Shown piece by piece: positions 50,969 through 60,908 of a stretch of 64,000 bases of DNA. The notes beneath the pieces are model-generated. The model worked only from the letters and a program-made list of their open reading frames with translations, was not told the DNA's origin and made no database searches. The stretch is from Armatimonadota bacterium (GTDB lineage Bacteria > Vulcanimicrobiota > JACPDS01 > JBDRKI01), in assembly GCA_043814095.1 (NCBI GenBank), contig JBDRKI010000099.1, forward strand, positions 12,342-76,341. Reading direction: 5' to 3'. The translations under genes and the position numbers were made by a program. Each line of letters starts with the position of its first letter. The stretch's first letter is position 1.

Positions 50969-52519
50969 TTATTTTTCAACATCTATCCTGCTCTCAAATT
51001 TATAATCTATTACTTTTTTCTCCCTCATATAATCAGCAACAACATCCCTTATAATCGCGTATTGTTTTAAATCGGTGCAGTCTTCAAGATCTTCATACTT
51101 ACCGCCCACAAATGCCATAAAACTGTTCGTGGCGATTTTATAAGTCTTCTCCGGATCTATTTTTTCAAAACCGCCCGTTTTATCTTTAATATAAATATCC
51201 CGCACGCAGTTACCGGTGTCTTCGGGATAAAATTTCATCTTCATGCCGGAGACAAACAATCCCCTGTCATCGGGTCCGAAAGATTTATTCAGCATTGAGA
51301 CAATATTCTTCCCTTTTATGTTCATCGTAACAAGTGTATTATCAAAAGGCAGGCATTTAAACACATCCCCGAAGGTAATTTCTCCCTTATAGAAAGAGTC
51401 CCTTATCCCGCCGGGGTTGTAAAAAGTCATATCCGCGCCGGATGTTTCCTGCATCACATCGCATATAAAGTTGCCCAGGGGGATATCTTTTTTGTTCGCC
51501 TTGCCTTTTCTCTTGTTAATTAAATCAGTTTTATTAACCGCAAGAACCTCTTCCATCTTGCTTTTTACAAGATTATTGTAATGGTTAACCATATTTGCTA
51601 TTTTAGGATCTTCTTTAATCTTTGAAGGATCTATTTTTGTAATTTCTGTTCCTTTTGTAAACTTCTTTATCTTCTTGGTATCTTTATCAACAACAAGAAC
51701 CATCTTCCCCAGATACTCGCCCTTGCATCCCGCCTGGGTTACCGGCACCCCTTTTATAATAATAGGCTTATGCAGGGGGATATGCGTATGCGCACCGATA
51801 ATAACATCCGCTCCTTCCATATTTTTAACAAGCTTTATATCATTATCCTTGCCCATGTGGGAGAGCACTACAATTATATCCGCGCACTTTTGCTTAAGTT
51901 CGGGATAATACTTACCGAATACTTTCTCCGGGTTCTCAAATGTAAGGTCATCAACCACTTTAGGGCTTGTGGTAAAAGGGGTATCTTCTCCGGTAAGTCC
52001 TATTACCGCTACTTTAACACCTTCTATTTCCTTAATTATATAGGGTTTAAATAGAAGCTGTCCCTGCTTATTTCTCACATTGGCGCATAAAACGGGGAAT
52101 TTGCTCTGGCTTATCCTCTTAAATAAAACATCCTGCCCCCAGTCAAACTCGTGATTGCCCACAACGGATGCGTCATATCCCATTTCATTCATTATATCCG
52201 CTATGGGCTTGCCTTGGAATATATTTGATACGGGATCCCCCTGGTACATATCTCCCCCGTCAAGAAGAATAATCCGGCCGGGATTTTTATCCCTTTCCTC
52301 TTTTATAAGGGTGGAGATATGCGCAAGCCCCCCTGCTTTTATATCCTTATCCTTCACGTTCTCGGTATGGGGCGCGGCATAACCGTGTATATCGTTCGTA
52401 TGCAGGATTACAATCTCTAAATCAGCCGCTCTGCAAATATTAAAAGACAAAAAAAACGCAATAATTAAAACTGCCAGAATTAAAAAGATATTTTTTTTCA
52501 TTTTCAACTCCTGCTGCAC
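50969..52519 (-). CDS. Secreted bifunctional metallophosphatase/5'-nucleotidase (UshA family)
   Basis: Signal peptide. The N-terminal domain has HTNDIHGY, GGDMYQGD and GNHEFD, and the C-terminal is a 5'-nucleotidase domain. 516 aa. Confidence 0.75.
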   Translation of the reverse strand: MQQELKMKKNIFLILAVLIIAFFLSFNICRAADLEIVILHTNDIHGYAAPHTENVKDKDIKAGGLAHISTLIKEERDKNPGRIILLDGGDMYQGDPVSNIFQGKPIADIMNEMGYDASVVGNHEFDWGQDVLFKRISQSKFPVLCANVRNKQGQLLFKPYIIKEIEGVKVAVIGLTGEDTPFTTSPKVVDDLTFENPEKVFGKYYPELKQKCADIIVVLSHMGKDNDIKLVKNMEGADVIIGAHTHIPLHKPIIIKGVPVTQAGCKGEYLGKMVLVVDKDTKKIKKFTKGTEITKIDPSKIKEDPKIANMVNHYNNLVKSKMEEVLAVNKTDLINKRKGKANKKDIPLGNFICDVMQETSGADMTFYNPGGIRDSFYKGEITFGDVFKCLPFDNTLVTMNIKGKNIVSMLNKSFGPDDRGLFVSGMKMKFYPEDTGNCVRDIYIKDKTGGFEKIDPEKTYKIATNSFMAFVGGKYEDLEDCTDLKQYAIIRDVVADYMREKKVIDYKFESRIDVEK

Positions 52520-53283
52520 CTTGCCTTAACTATCTCGGCAAGTATGCTTACGGCGATCTCCGCCGGCGTTTCAGCCCCTATGGATAACCCTATAGGGGAT
52601 TTAACTTTTTTGAACCTGTTTTTATTTATCCCTTTTTTCGCGAGAGCCCCGAAAACAGTCTTAACTTTTCTGCCGCTTCCTATCATGCCCAGGTATTTCG
52701 GATCATATTCAAGACATTTTTCCAGAATATCCTGATCAATCCTGTGGGAATAAGACGCTATAACAATATATGTCCTTTTATTTATCTTTAATTCCTCAAA
52801 AGCTTTTACAAAGCCCTTATTTACAACTTTAACATTTTTAAATCTTTTTTTATTCGCATAATCAGACCTGTCATCAACAACGGTTATATCAAACCCGAGC
52901 TCTTTAGCCATATTAACAAGCGGGACCGCTATATGCCCTCCCCCAAACACCACCAGTTGTTCGCTCTTATTGACATCATCTAAAAAAATCTTCATTTTTC
53001 CTCCGCACGCGACACCCAGCCCGCTTGGAGCGGTTGTAAGGTCATATTCCAGTAATTTGCTTTTTCCCGTGCCCATAAGTTTTTTGGCCTCGGAAACAAC
53101 AGTAAGTTCCACTTTCCCCCCGCCTACCGTACCGTAAGCCGCGCCATCTTCAGAAATAAGCATCTTGGCGCCCAGCCTGCGCGGGGCAGAACCGGTGGAT
53201 TCCACAACCACCGCCATGACCGCGTTCCCATTCCTCTTTATAATTCTCACTATATCTTCATAGATCTTTACATCGTGGCTCAT
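52504..53283 (-). CDS. XdhC/CoxI family accessory protein
   Basis: AVMAVVVESTGSAPRRLGAKMLI... and a C-terminal Rossmann-like half (VVFGGGHIAVPL). Confidence 0.65.
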   Translation of the reverse strand: MSHDVKIYEDIVRIIKRNGNAVMAVVVESTGSAPRRLGAKMLISEDGAAYGTVGGGKVELTVVSEAKKLMGTGKSKLLEYDLTTAPSGLGVACGGKMKIFLDDVNKSEQLVVFGGGHIAVPLVNMAKELGFDITVVDDRSDYANKKRFKNVKVVNKGFVKAFEELKINKRTYIVIASYSHRIDQDILEKCLEYDPKYLGMIGSGRKVKTVFGALAKKGINKNRFKKVKSPIGLSIGAETPAEIAVSILAEIVKARCSRS

Positions 53284-53342
53284 ACATATAGTCTCCTTTT
53301 AATCTCCTGTAATTTTAGACAAAGCCGTTTCTTTTACCTGCC

Positions 53343-53376
53343 AAATAAAAGAAAAAGGCGGCCATAAAGACCGCCT
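53343..53376 (-). terminator. Intrinsic terminator downstream of the 53405..53881 gene
   Basis: On the minus strand: AGGCGG-tctttatgg-CCGCCT followed by TTTTTCTTTTATTT. Confidence 0.5.
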
Positions 53377-53404
53377 TATCTCAACACTAACCTAAAATAT
53401 CTGT

Positions 53405-53881
53405 TTAGGAATCGGTTAATGTAAAGGTTATGACTCTTGAACCGTCAGCGGGAAGACCGGCTGCAACGTTAGCATCTAAGTACAGTGTGTAATTAATTGC
53501 TGACTGTGCAACTGTTTCAATGCTGGTTACCAGATCCTGAGCCGTTGTATTAAGCGTCTTTTCGCCGGCAGTAGAACCGGTAGAAGGTGCATCTGTTTCG
53601 ATATTAATCATCGTGGCTGTAGGCATATTAGCGTTAAGTGCACCGGTTATCTTTTTGCCGGTAGTGTCGTTTGTGGTTATGGCATACTGGCAAACTACGC
53701 TGTCTTCATCGGGCTCTGAACCTGCTGTTGCCGCGTTAATGGTTAAGGTTTCGTCCGCGTCAAAAGCAATTTCGTTAATCGCGTCTATTTCAAAATACAC
53801 AGTCTGAGTGTCGGTTGAACCGGCAAACGCAGCTGCGCTCATGAAAGCTATCGCGATAAGGACTATTATCAGCTTTTTCAT
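53405..53881 (-). CDS. Small secreted protein of unknown function (158 aa, Thr/Ala/Asp-rich, beta-sandwich-like)
   Basis: Clear signal peptide (AAAFAGS). I recognise no enzymatic motif. Confidence 0.45.
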   Translation of the reverse strand: MKKLIIVLIAIAFMSAAAFAGSTDTQTVYFEIDAINEIAFDADETLTINAATAGSEPDEDSVVCQYAITTNDTTGKKITGALNANMPTATMINIETDAPSTGSTAGEKTLNTTAQDLVTSIETVAQSAINYTLYLDANVAAGLPADGSRVITFTLTDS

Positions 53882-54126
53882 TTAGGCTTCCTCCTTTCTT
53901 TTTGTTTTATTTAATGGCATTTAGCCTTTAAATCTTGCTCGCGGGAAGTGCCTTTCCCCCTTCCCACCTATATTATACCCCACCCCCGCATATACGGATA
54001 TAGGTCAAACGGAGTAAAATTATAGGTCAAATGGGGTATTTTTATTCTTAAAAGCAGGAAATATGCCCGCAAAACGGTAAATAGTGTCCGACCGGGGATA
54101 TACCCCTTTTTAAATATGGAGGATAA

Positions 54127-54759
54127 ATGCTTAATAAAGAAACAAAGAAGATTTTTGACGTAATATGTAAAAAATTTGACGAAATGAATAAATTAAGGGA
54201 TAACGCCATAACACGGCACAGGGAAATAATAAAGATATCTTCGTTATCCATAAGGGCCACCCACAGGGAGGATTACAAAGAGGCGGAAAACCTTATAAAA
54301 CAAGCTCAGGAAAAATCAGAAAAGCTTAATGCCGGACTTAAAAACTATCCCCAGATTTATTACAGCGGGTTTATACATGACTGCCAGAAGGAATTCGCCG
54401 AAAGCTGTATCACCCTTGCGCTGATAAGAGACGAAAAAATAGCCACTCCCGCCGATATAGGGGTTGACTATCCCGCTTATTTAAACGGGATGTGCGAGGC
54501 AATAGGCGAAGTCAGGAGGCATATTGTTGACAGAATGAGGAAAAATGATCTGAAAAACAGCGAAGAACTTCTTCTTCTAATGGATGAAATATATTACATG
54601 ATGATATCAATAGATTACCCCGACGCGATAACAATGGGCTTAAGAAGAACAACCGATATCGCAAGATCGTTAATAGAAAAAACCAGAGGAGAGCTTACCC
54701 TTCACATGAGACAGAACTCCCTGGAAGAGAAAATGCATAAACTTGAAAAGAAACTGTAA
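54127..54759 (+). CDS. Translin-family-like alpha-helical protein (tentative)
   Basis: About 210 aa, all-helical. The C-terminal region (YLNGMCEAIGEVRRHIV) resembles the translin/TRAX signature. Low certainty. Confidence 0.35.
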   Translation: MLNKETKKIFDVICKKFDEMNKLRDNAITRHREIIKISSLSIRATHREDYKEAENLIKQAQEKSEKLNAGLKNYPQIYYSGFIHDCQKEFAESCITLALIRDEKIATPADIGVDYPAYLNGMCEAIGEVRRHIVDRMRKNDLKNSEELLLLMDEIYYMMISIDYPDAITMGLRRTTDIARSLIEKTRGELTLHMRQNSLEEKMHKLEKKL

Positions 54760-54765
54760 AGCAAA

Positions 54766-54797
54766 AGAGACCGCTCTTCTTGAACGGTCTCTTTCAT
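54766..54797. terminator. Bidirectional terminator hairpin
   Basis: AGAGACCG-ctcttcttgaa-CGGTCTCT, between convergent genes. Confidence 0.45.
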
Positions 54798-54814
54798 TAT
54801 TCTTTGTATTATGC

Positions 54815-56899
54815 TTATTCTTCTTCGTCGCCTTTTTTCTTGGATGCGGCGAGAACCGATTCCGCCAGGTTCGGAGCAAGTTCTTCATAATGAGAGAAAA
54901 TCATCTTAAACATGCCGCGCCCCTGGGTTATGCTCTTAAGGTCAATTACGTATTTCTGCATCTCTGCCAGGGGAACCTGTGCTTTAATAAGCTGGTCGCC
55001 GTTGCCCTGGGGATCCATGCCCATAATTCTTCCTCTTTTTGAATTAAGATCGCCTATGCAGTCGCCCATATAGGAATCAGGCACTAAAAGCTCAAGATTA
55101 TATATCGGCTCTAAAAGAACGGGGCTCGCGCTGTCAACTGCTTTTCTTAAGCCCATGGCTGCCGCGATTTTAAACGCCATATCGGAAGAGTCTACCGTAT
55201 GGTATGAACCGTCATAAAGGGTAACTTTAACGCCTACCATGGGATAAATTGATAGTATCCCGTCGGACATCGCTTCTTTTACGCCCTTCTCAACCGAAGG
55301 AATGTAGTTTTTGGGCACAACGCCGCCCACTATTTTATCAACAAATTCAAATTCTTTTTCTCTGGAGAGGGGCTCTATTTCAAGCCATACATGCCCGTAC
55401 TGACCGCGTCCGCCGGACTGCTTCTTGTATTTTCCTTCCGCCTTGGCCTTGCCTTTTATGGTCTCTTTATAAGCTACTTTCGGTGTTGCAAGTTCAACTT
55501 CCACGCCGAATTTTCTCTTTAGCTTATCCATATTTATATCTATGTGCAGGTCGCCCATGCCTTTTATGATATTTTCTTTTGTTTCAATGTTCCTGACGCA
55601 GATAAAGGTCGGGTCTTCTTCGGAAAGCTTGGAAAGCGCGCTGCCAAGCTTGTCTTCGTCAGCGCGGCTCTTCGGGAACACGGCCATATGAAGAACGGGT
55701 TCCGGAAATTCAATCTTAGGATATATTATCGGCTTGTCTTTGGCGCAAAGCGTATCCTGTGTGGTTGTTTCCTGGAGTTTAGATGCCACAAATATATCCC
55801 CTGCGAAAAGCTCTTTTATTTCCTGCTGATGCTTGCCCTTTGAAACAAATATATTGCTTAATTTTTCGTCTCTTTCTTTTGTCGCGTTATATACGACCAT
55901 ATCCTCTTTTAATGTGCCGGAATAGATCTTTATCATATTAAGTTTACCGACAAAAGGATCGGCTGCTGTCCTGAAAACAAAAGCGGAAAACGGCGCAGAA
56001 GAAGAAATTTCTCTTTCTTCTTCCTGTCCCGACTTCGGGTTAATCCCTTTTACGTTTCCAACTTCGTTCGGGGCGGGTATGCAATCGGCCACAAAGTCCA
56101 TGACAAGGTCTGCGCCCATATTGCCGTAAGCCGAACCGCATAAAACAGGTATGATTTTGCCTTCTTTTGTTCCCTTTTTAATGGCTGTTTTGATTTCTTC
56201 TGTCGTAAGAGGCGTGCCGTCAAGATATTTTGTTATGAGAGCATCATCTGTTTCCGCGGCTGATTCCATAAGCTGTTCGCGGTATTTATTGTAATCGGCT
56301 TCCATATCGGACGGTATATCTATTTTCTTGGACTGCTTGCCGTCAAATTCATATGCCGCTCCTTCTATAAGGTCAATAACTCCCTTGAAGTTCTCGGCGG
56401 CGCCTACGGGAAGCTGGACCGGTGCTATATGGGTTGAAAACCGTGATTTCATCTCTTCATACAGCTGGTAGAAATTTGCGTTTTCCTTGTCCATTTTATT
56501 TATAAATATCATCTTTGGCATTTTAGTTTTACTTAAATATTTCCAGTTAATTTCAAAACCCACTTCAATCTGGCTGTTTGCCGACGCGAGAAGAACGGCG
56601 CCTTCGGCTACCCTTAACCCGCTTTTTACTTCTGATACAAAATCCAAAAATCCGGGGGCGTCAAGACAGTTTATCTTGTAATCCTTCCACGGACACGGGG
56701 CAATTGCAAGACTTATGGAAGTCTTTCTCTTTATCTCATCCTGATCAAAATCCGTTGTTGAGTTGCCGTCATCAACCCTGCCCAGCCGGTCTACAGCCTT
56801 GCTGGTATAAAGCATTGCTTCGACCAGTGTTGTTTTACCTGTTCCCTGGTGACCCAGCAAAACGATATTTCTTATCTTTTCAGTAGGATATGCATTCAT
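54815..56899 (-). CDS. Elongation factor G paralog (EF-G2-like translational GTPase) with a switch II His-to-Phe substitution
   Basis: G1 GHQGTGKTT, G4 NKMD, five-domain length of 694 aa. Switch II reads DAPGFLDF where EF-G has DTPGHVDF. Confidence 0.7.
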   Translation of the reverse strand: MNAYPTEKIRNIVLLGHQGTGKTTLVEAMLYTSKAVDRLGRVDDGNSTTDFDQDEIKRKTSISLAIAPCPWKDYKINCLDAPGFLDFVSEVKSGLRVAEGAVLLASANSQIEVGFEINWKYLSKTKMPKMIFINKMDKENANFYQLYEEMKSRFSTHIAPVQLPVGAAENFKGVIDLIEGAAYEFDGKQSKKIDIPSDMEADYNKYREQLMESAAETDDALITKYLDGTPLTTEEIKTAIKKGTKEGKIIPVLCGSAYGNMGADLVMDFVADCIPAPNEVGNVKGINPKSGQEEEREISSSAPFSAFVFRTAADPFVGKLNMIKIYSGTLKEDMVVYNATKERDEKLSNIFVSKGKHQQEIKELFAGDIFVASKLQETTTQDTLCAKDKPIIYPKIEFPEPVLHMAVFPKSRADEDKLGSALSKLSEEDPTFICVRNIETKENIIKGMGDLHIDINMDKLKRKFGVEVELATPKVAYKETIKGKAKAEGKYKKQSGGRGQYGHVWLEIEPLSREKEFEFVDKIVGGVVPKNYIPSVEKGVKEAMSDGILSIYPMVGVKVTLYDGSYHTVDSSDMAFKIAAAMGLRKAVDSASPVLLEPIYNLELLVPDSYMGDCIGDLNSKRGRIMGMDPQGNGDQLIKAQVPLAEMQKYVIDLKSITQGRGMFKMIFSHYEELAPNLAESVLAASKKKGDEEE

Positions 56900-56957
56900 A
56901 ATTCCTCCACTTTTTAGCAGACAACATATAGGGATAAATACTACACGTTAAACGCTA

Positions 56958-57116
56958 TTATTTATTGTATTCTTGAGGTATCTTTTTGCCTTTTTTCTCG
57001 GCGCATTCTTTATGCCATTTTTTGCCGGAAATTTTCGCTAAAGCTTTGCCTTCTAATAAGCCGCCGCACCCTCTGCATTTCGGCGAACCTGCTTTTTTCG
57101 GACTGCCCTTTGCCAT
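56958..57116 (-). CDS. Lys-rich zinc-ribbon miniprotein (52 aa). It is not in the supplied ORF track.
   Basis: I translated it myself: MAKGSPKKAGSPKCRGCGGLLEGKALAKISGKKWHKECAEKKGKKIPQEYNK. It has a CxxC...HxxC motif and a strong RBS (AAGGAGG with 6 nt spacing). Confidence 0.5.
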   Translation of the reverse strand: MAKGSPKKAGSPKCRGCGGLLEGKALAKISGKKWHKECAEKKGKKIPQEYNK

Positions 57117-57133
57117 ATATTCCTCCTTGGTAA

Positions 57134-57844
57134 TTATTTATCAAAATAAATAGGCGCATCTAAATGCGCGTTGCCTTCAACCTGAAGTTTCCTGTCAAGA
57201 ATTTTAATATATAATATATTAGTCACTATTTGGATTTCTGTCAAATCCACCAGGGGGTTAATTTCTTTCTCCAGGGTATCCCTCACAAATGAAGGAAGCG
57301 GAATCCCGCTTACCGTTATGCTTGCGCATTGAAAATTTATCTTTTTTGAATCCTCAGCTTCAAGTATTCCCGATACTTTAACCGGAAGGTTAAAACCCAT
57401 AACTTTTTTATTTGTGCTTACAAGTATTTTGTCTTTTTTCAACTCTACCGCAAGATCCGGATATTCCTTTAAATTCTCGTCTTTATATTTATTTATGGCC
57501 TCTTCGCCCGCTGTTATTATAAAATCGGCCTTCCCTATTTTCTTTATCTTATCCATATCAAAAGATACGTTATAAAGATGTACTTTCACGTTTTCCAGAA
57601 CAGGGCTTCCCGGCGGTGCCACGTCTTCCGCCATAAGATAAAGATCCTTTATGTTACCTGTCAGAATATCCATAAAATTAGTATCTTTTATCTTAACCGT
57701 ATATTTTTTGGCAGGCCCTATCCACTGCGGAAGCCTTTTCTCAAGCTCTTTTTCTATGGGGTGCATCTTATTGGCAAGCAGTATGGATGTCAGCACATAT
57801 AAAATTAAGGCTGTTATTGCTATAATAACTACTGTTTTTTTCAT
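57134..57844 (-). CDS. DUF2993/LmeA-like membrane-anchored protein
   Basis: N-terminal TM helix followed by a ~200 aa beta-rich domain that resembles LmeA family architecture. Confidence 0.4.
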   Translation of the reverse strand: MKKTVVIIAITALILYVLTSILLANKMHPIEKELEKRLPQWIGPAKKYTVKIKDTNFMDILTGNIKDLYLMAEDVAPPGSPVLENVKVHLYNVSFDMDKIKKIGKADFIITAGEEAINKYKDENLKEYPDLAVELKKDKILVSTNKKVMGFNLPVKVSGILEAEDSKKINFQCASITVSGIPLPSFVRDTLEKEINPLVDLTEIQIVTNILYIKILDRKLQVEGNAHLDAPIYFDK

Positions 57845-57873
57845 TTAAAAACGCCTCTTTGATAACTTTTAGA

Positions 57874-58308
57874 TTAAGAAGATGATTTAACAGGGGGAAG
57901 GTAGGCTATCGCATCTATCTCCACATTCACGCCTTTGGGCAGGGCGCTTACCTGCACGCATGCTCTTGCCGGTGGATCTGCTTTAAAGTATTCTTCATAT
58001 ACCTTATTCACCCGTCCAAAATCTTCCAGATTTGTAAGATAAACCGTTGTTTTTACGACTCTATCCGCGGAGGTTTTGGCTTTCTCCAGTATTTTTATAA
58101 GGTTTTTTAAAACCTGGTGGGTCTGCTCTTCTATTGAGGATGTTTTAAGCTCGCCCGTCCAAGGGTCCGCCGGTATCTGACCGGAAACAAATATGAGCTC
58201 CCCCGCCTTTATTTTTATTCCCTGCGAATAAGGGCCTATTGCAGATGGAGCGTCTTTTGTCGCGATAATTTCTTTTACCATGTTAATCCTCCTGAAAATT
58301 TCAGACAA
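57874..58308 (-). CDS. ridA: RidA family protein (YjgF/TdcF enamine/imine deaminase)
   Basis: ATKDAPSAIGPYSQGIK...VKTTVYL...ARACVQVSALP. The likely true start is the internal MVKEII. Confidence 0.8.
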   Translation of the reverse strand: MSEIFRRINMVKEIIATKDAPSAIGPYSQGIKIKAGELIFVSGQIPADPWTGELKTSSIEEQTHQVLKNLIKILEKAKTSADRVVKTTVYLTNLEDFGRVNKVYEEYFKADPPARACVQVSALPKGVNVEIDAIAYLPPVKSSS

Positions 58309-58392
58309 ATAAACTATTTTTTTATAATCAAGGTATCGAGTTTCCCCGATACCTTGATTATATTATTTAATCTTCAAATTATATATTTACTT

Positions 58393-59736
58393 TTATTTAT
58401 CCTTGTTTTCTTCTTTTTTCTCGTCAGTTTTTATTTTTATGTTTCCGATTCCCAGATCATTAGGTCTTGCAAGCCTGTTAAGCACGCTTCTTGCGCCCTG
58501 ATCGCTGGCAACCGTTATGGCTTCAAGCGCTTTTCCTATGTCAAATCCGGCCTTATCGGTTTCCGATCCGGCAAACACCCTGAAATCGGCGTTTTCCAGC
58601 GCCTTCGCGCCGGCTATTCCCACCGCTTCCTGCATTGCTACTATTTTTTCGGCCACTAATGCTCTTATCGCTTCATCTCCGAACTTATTCAGCGCTTCCT
58701 GCAGTTTCTCTTTGGCGTCAGCTTCAGCGTATCCTTTTTCCCTGATAGGCGCCGCCAGTCCCTTGGCCTGCTCTTCCAGGAACGATCTTTCTCCCTCACC
58801 CTTCAGGCGCTGCTGCTGTTTGTATATTTCTTCAACTTCCTTATCCTGTGCCGCTATTACCAGCTTTTTTTCTTTTTCTATTTCGGCATTTTTTATCTTA
58901 TCTACTTTTGTAACTTCCAGCTGCTCCCTGACCGCTTCTTTTTCTTTTTCGGCGATTAAACGGTTTTTTTCCTGAATTCTCTTAGCCACTTCTTCATCTC
59001 TCTGAATTTCACGTTTTCTCGCTTCCTCGTCGGCTATGGCTTCCTTTAATCTTGCTGCCCTTCTCTGATCCGCATTTTTCTGTCTTGCTTCGGAATTTAT
59101 CTGCTCTTCTATAATTGACGATATATCGGTTATCACGTGCGAAGCTTCCTTATCAAGCCCCTGCGGTTTAACCGGATCTTTAAATTCCACCAGTTCTATA
59201 TCCTTAAGATCCAGCCCCCAGGCATCTATGGCGCTGGCAAGCGCCGGCGTTATTTGCCTGATTATTTCGTCCCTGTTATTAATTATTTCCCTGATGGTCT
59301 TCTTCGTTGTGGCATCCCTGGTCGTTGCCTGCACCACCCTGGCAATCTGCTCCGCCAGCTCTAACATGTCGCCGCTGAACCTTTGAGCCGCAACTATGGG
59401 TTTTTTCACGGCAACATAAGCTATGATATCGCATAAGAATCTTGCCCTGTCTATATCGAATGCCAGGAATTCCTGCACTCTCACCGGTATTATTTTAAGC
59501 GGTATTTTATGAACCCTCATTCCCAGGCCGAACAAGAAGAACCATGACGGTATATTGAAGTATGCCCCCTTGCTGTCTTGGGTGTATTCCGGGTGCGACG
59601 AGAAAACCCTCATCTTTCCCCTCTGTATTACTACATGCGCGTAGTCCGCCGGCACCACGGTATATATTTTGGCAAGAATGATTATGAATAAAACGACAGC
59701 TCCTATGCCTATCAATAACTGTGTATTCATTTCCAT
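58393..59736 (-). CDS. Flotillin-like SPFH/band 7 domain protein (FloT/YqiK-like)
   Basis: N-terminal TM, an SPFH domain, and a long EA-rich coiled-coil (EAREA-type repeats). 447 aa. Confidence 0.7.
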   Translation of the reverse strand: MEMNTQLLIGIGAVVLFIIILAKIYTVVPADYAHVVIQRGKMRVFSSHPEYTQDSKGAYFNIPSWFFLFGLGMRVHKIPLKIIPVRVQEFLAFDIDRARFLCDIIAYVAVKKPIVAAQRFSGDMLELAEQIARVVQATTRDATTKKTIREIINNRDEIIRQITPALASAIDAWGLDLKDIELVEFKDPVKPQGLDKEASHVITDISSIIEEQINSEARQKNADQRRAARLKEAIADEEARKREIQRDEEVAKRIQEKNRLIAEKEKEAVREQLEVTKVDKIKNAEIEKEKKLVIAAQDKEVEEIYKQQQRLKGEGERSFLEEQAKGLAAPIREKGYAEADAKEKLQEALNKFGDEAIRALVAEKIVAMQEAVGIAGAKALENADFRVFAGSETDKAGFDIGKALEAITVASDQGARSVLNRLARPNDLGIGNIKIKTDEKKEENKDK

Positions 59737-59797
59737 ATTTTCACCTCAAATTATTTATTTTTAATTCCTTTTTTTAACTGCGGTTGATTTCTAATAC

Positions 59798-60049
59798 TTA
59801 TTCTCTCGCGCTCAGCAGTATAGAACCTTCGTATATTTTAGAACTGATCATTTGATGCAGCAGCTTGGTTATAAGGCCGTCCTTGGACACATAAATAGAC
59901 CTGCCGTTATCTATATCGCCGTACGCCTGTTCCAAATCTTCCAGTGTCTTAAAAACAATTTTGTCTGTTTTTAATTTGTCGCCCAGGCTGAATTCTTCAA
60001 CCTCATATATTTTTTTATGGTCTTCCATTTTTAATAAGCCTCCTTTCAT
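59798..60049 (-). CDS. Hypothetical small protein (83 aa)
   Basis: ORF only. Confidence 0.3.
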   Translation of the reverse strand: MKGGLLKMEDHKKIYEVEEFSLGDKLKTDKIVFKTLEDLEQAYGDIDNGRSIYVSKDGLITKLLHQMISSKIYEGSILLSARE

Positions 60050-60142
60050 TTAAAGAAAACTCTTAACAAGTATTAATTTATCAATTAGTTAAAGTTTTGT
60101 CAATAATACAGGAAAGGTATTAAATCGAAAAATGCTTTTATT

Positions 60143-60895
60143 TTAAGCAAAAAATCTCTTTACCCGCTCAAGATCATCAAGTTTATCCACATTTACCGCG
60201 GATTCTGGACGCTCCAGTATAACCGCCCTTGCGGACACGCTGAAAAGTTCATATGCCTTATTCTCAAGATCTCTTATGCTTAACTGCTTTGTTAAAAATT
60301 TAAATATTGTTTTTATGCCCAAAGACGTTATTAATTTCCACGGGGTTTTTCTTAATCTTGCAACCTCATCCAGACCGGATTTAATCTTCCTTACCGCCCT
60401 CGGCTCTAAAAGAAAAAATCCCGTTCCGCAGAAAACCCCGTCCTTCAATGAAAGGTAGGTTCTGGTCATCCCGGGAAATTTCTTTATGTAATCTTCTTTT
60501 TTCACAATCCCGTAAATAATCTGCGCGGGCTTTACGCCTGCCTTATCCAGAAATTCTTTTACCGAATCTTTGCTGATAATCGGCATATCACACGGAACAA
60601 CTAAAACTTTCGGCCAGTCATCAACTTCCTTAAGCCCGTTAAGCAGTGAATCTATCATGGTACCGCCGCCGTCCACATTTATATCAACTTTATCCCTTAA
60701 AAATTTCGGCGTGGAATCTTTATCCGAAACAAGAACTATTCTGGATACATAAGGGGATTCTTTTAAGGCGTCTATTACATACTCAACCAGATATTTTGAC
60801 TCAATATTTATAAAAGCTTTGGATTTTATTCTGGTATGACCGGCAAGATCTTCTTCTATTTTTCCGCCCGCTAAAATTACCGCGGCAGTCTGCAT
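60143..60895 (-). CDS. MobA-like NTP transferase domain protein (nucleotidyltransferase)
   Basis: AVILAGGK N-terminal motif, 250 aa. It lies downstream of metF in the same orientation. Confidence 0.5.
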   Translation of the reverse strand: MQTAAVILAGGKIEEDLAGHTRIKSKAFINIESKYLVEYVIDALKESPYVSRIVLVSDKDSTPKFLRDKVDINVDGGGTMIDSLLNGLKEVDDWPKVLVVPCDMPIISKDSVKEFLDKAGVKPAQIIYGIVKKEDYIKKFPGMTRTYLSLKDGVFCGTGFFLLEPRAVRKIKSGLDEVARLRKTPWKLITSLGIKTIFKFLTKQLSIRDLENKAYELFSVSARAVILERPESAVNVDKLDDLERVKRFFA

Positions 60896-60908
60896 ATTTT
60901 ACACCTAT

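Noticed and set aside
53970-53990. ATACGGATA nonamer shared between this region and the 62604..62624 palindrome
   Set aside because: Only two occurrences in an AT-rich context. This is most likely chance. The local sequence here is not a true dyad.
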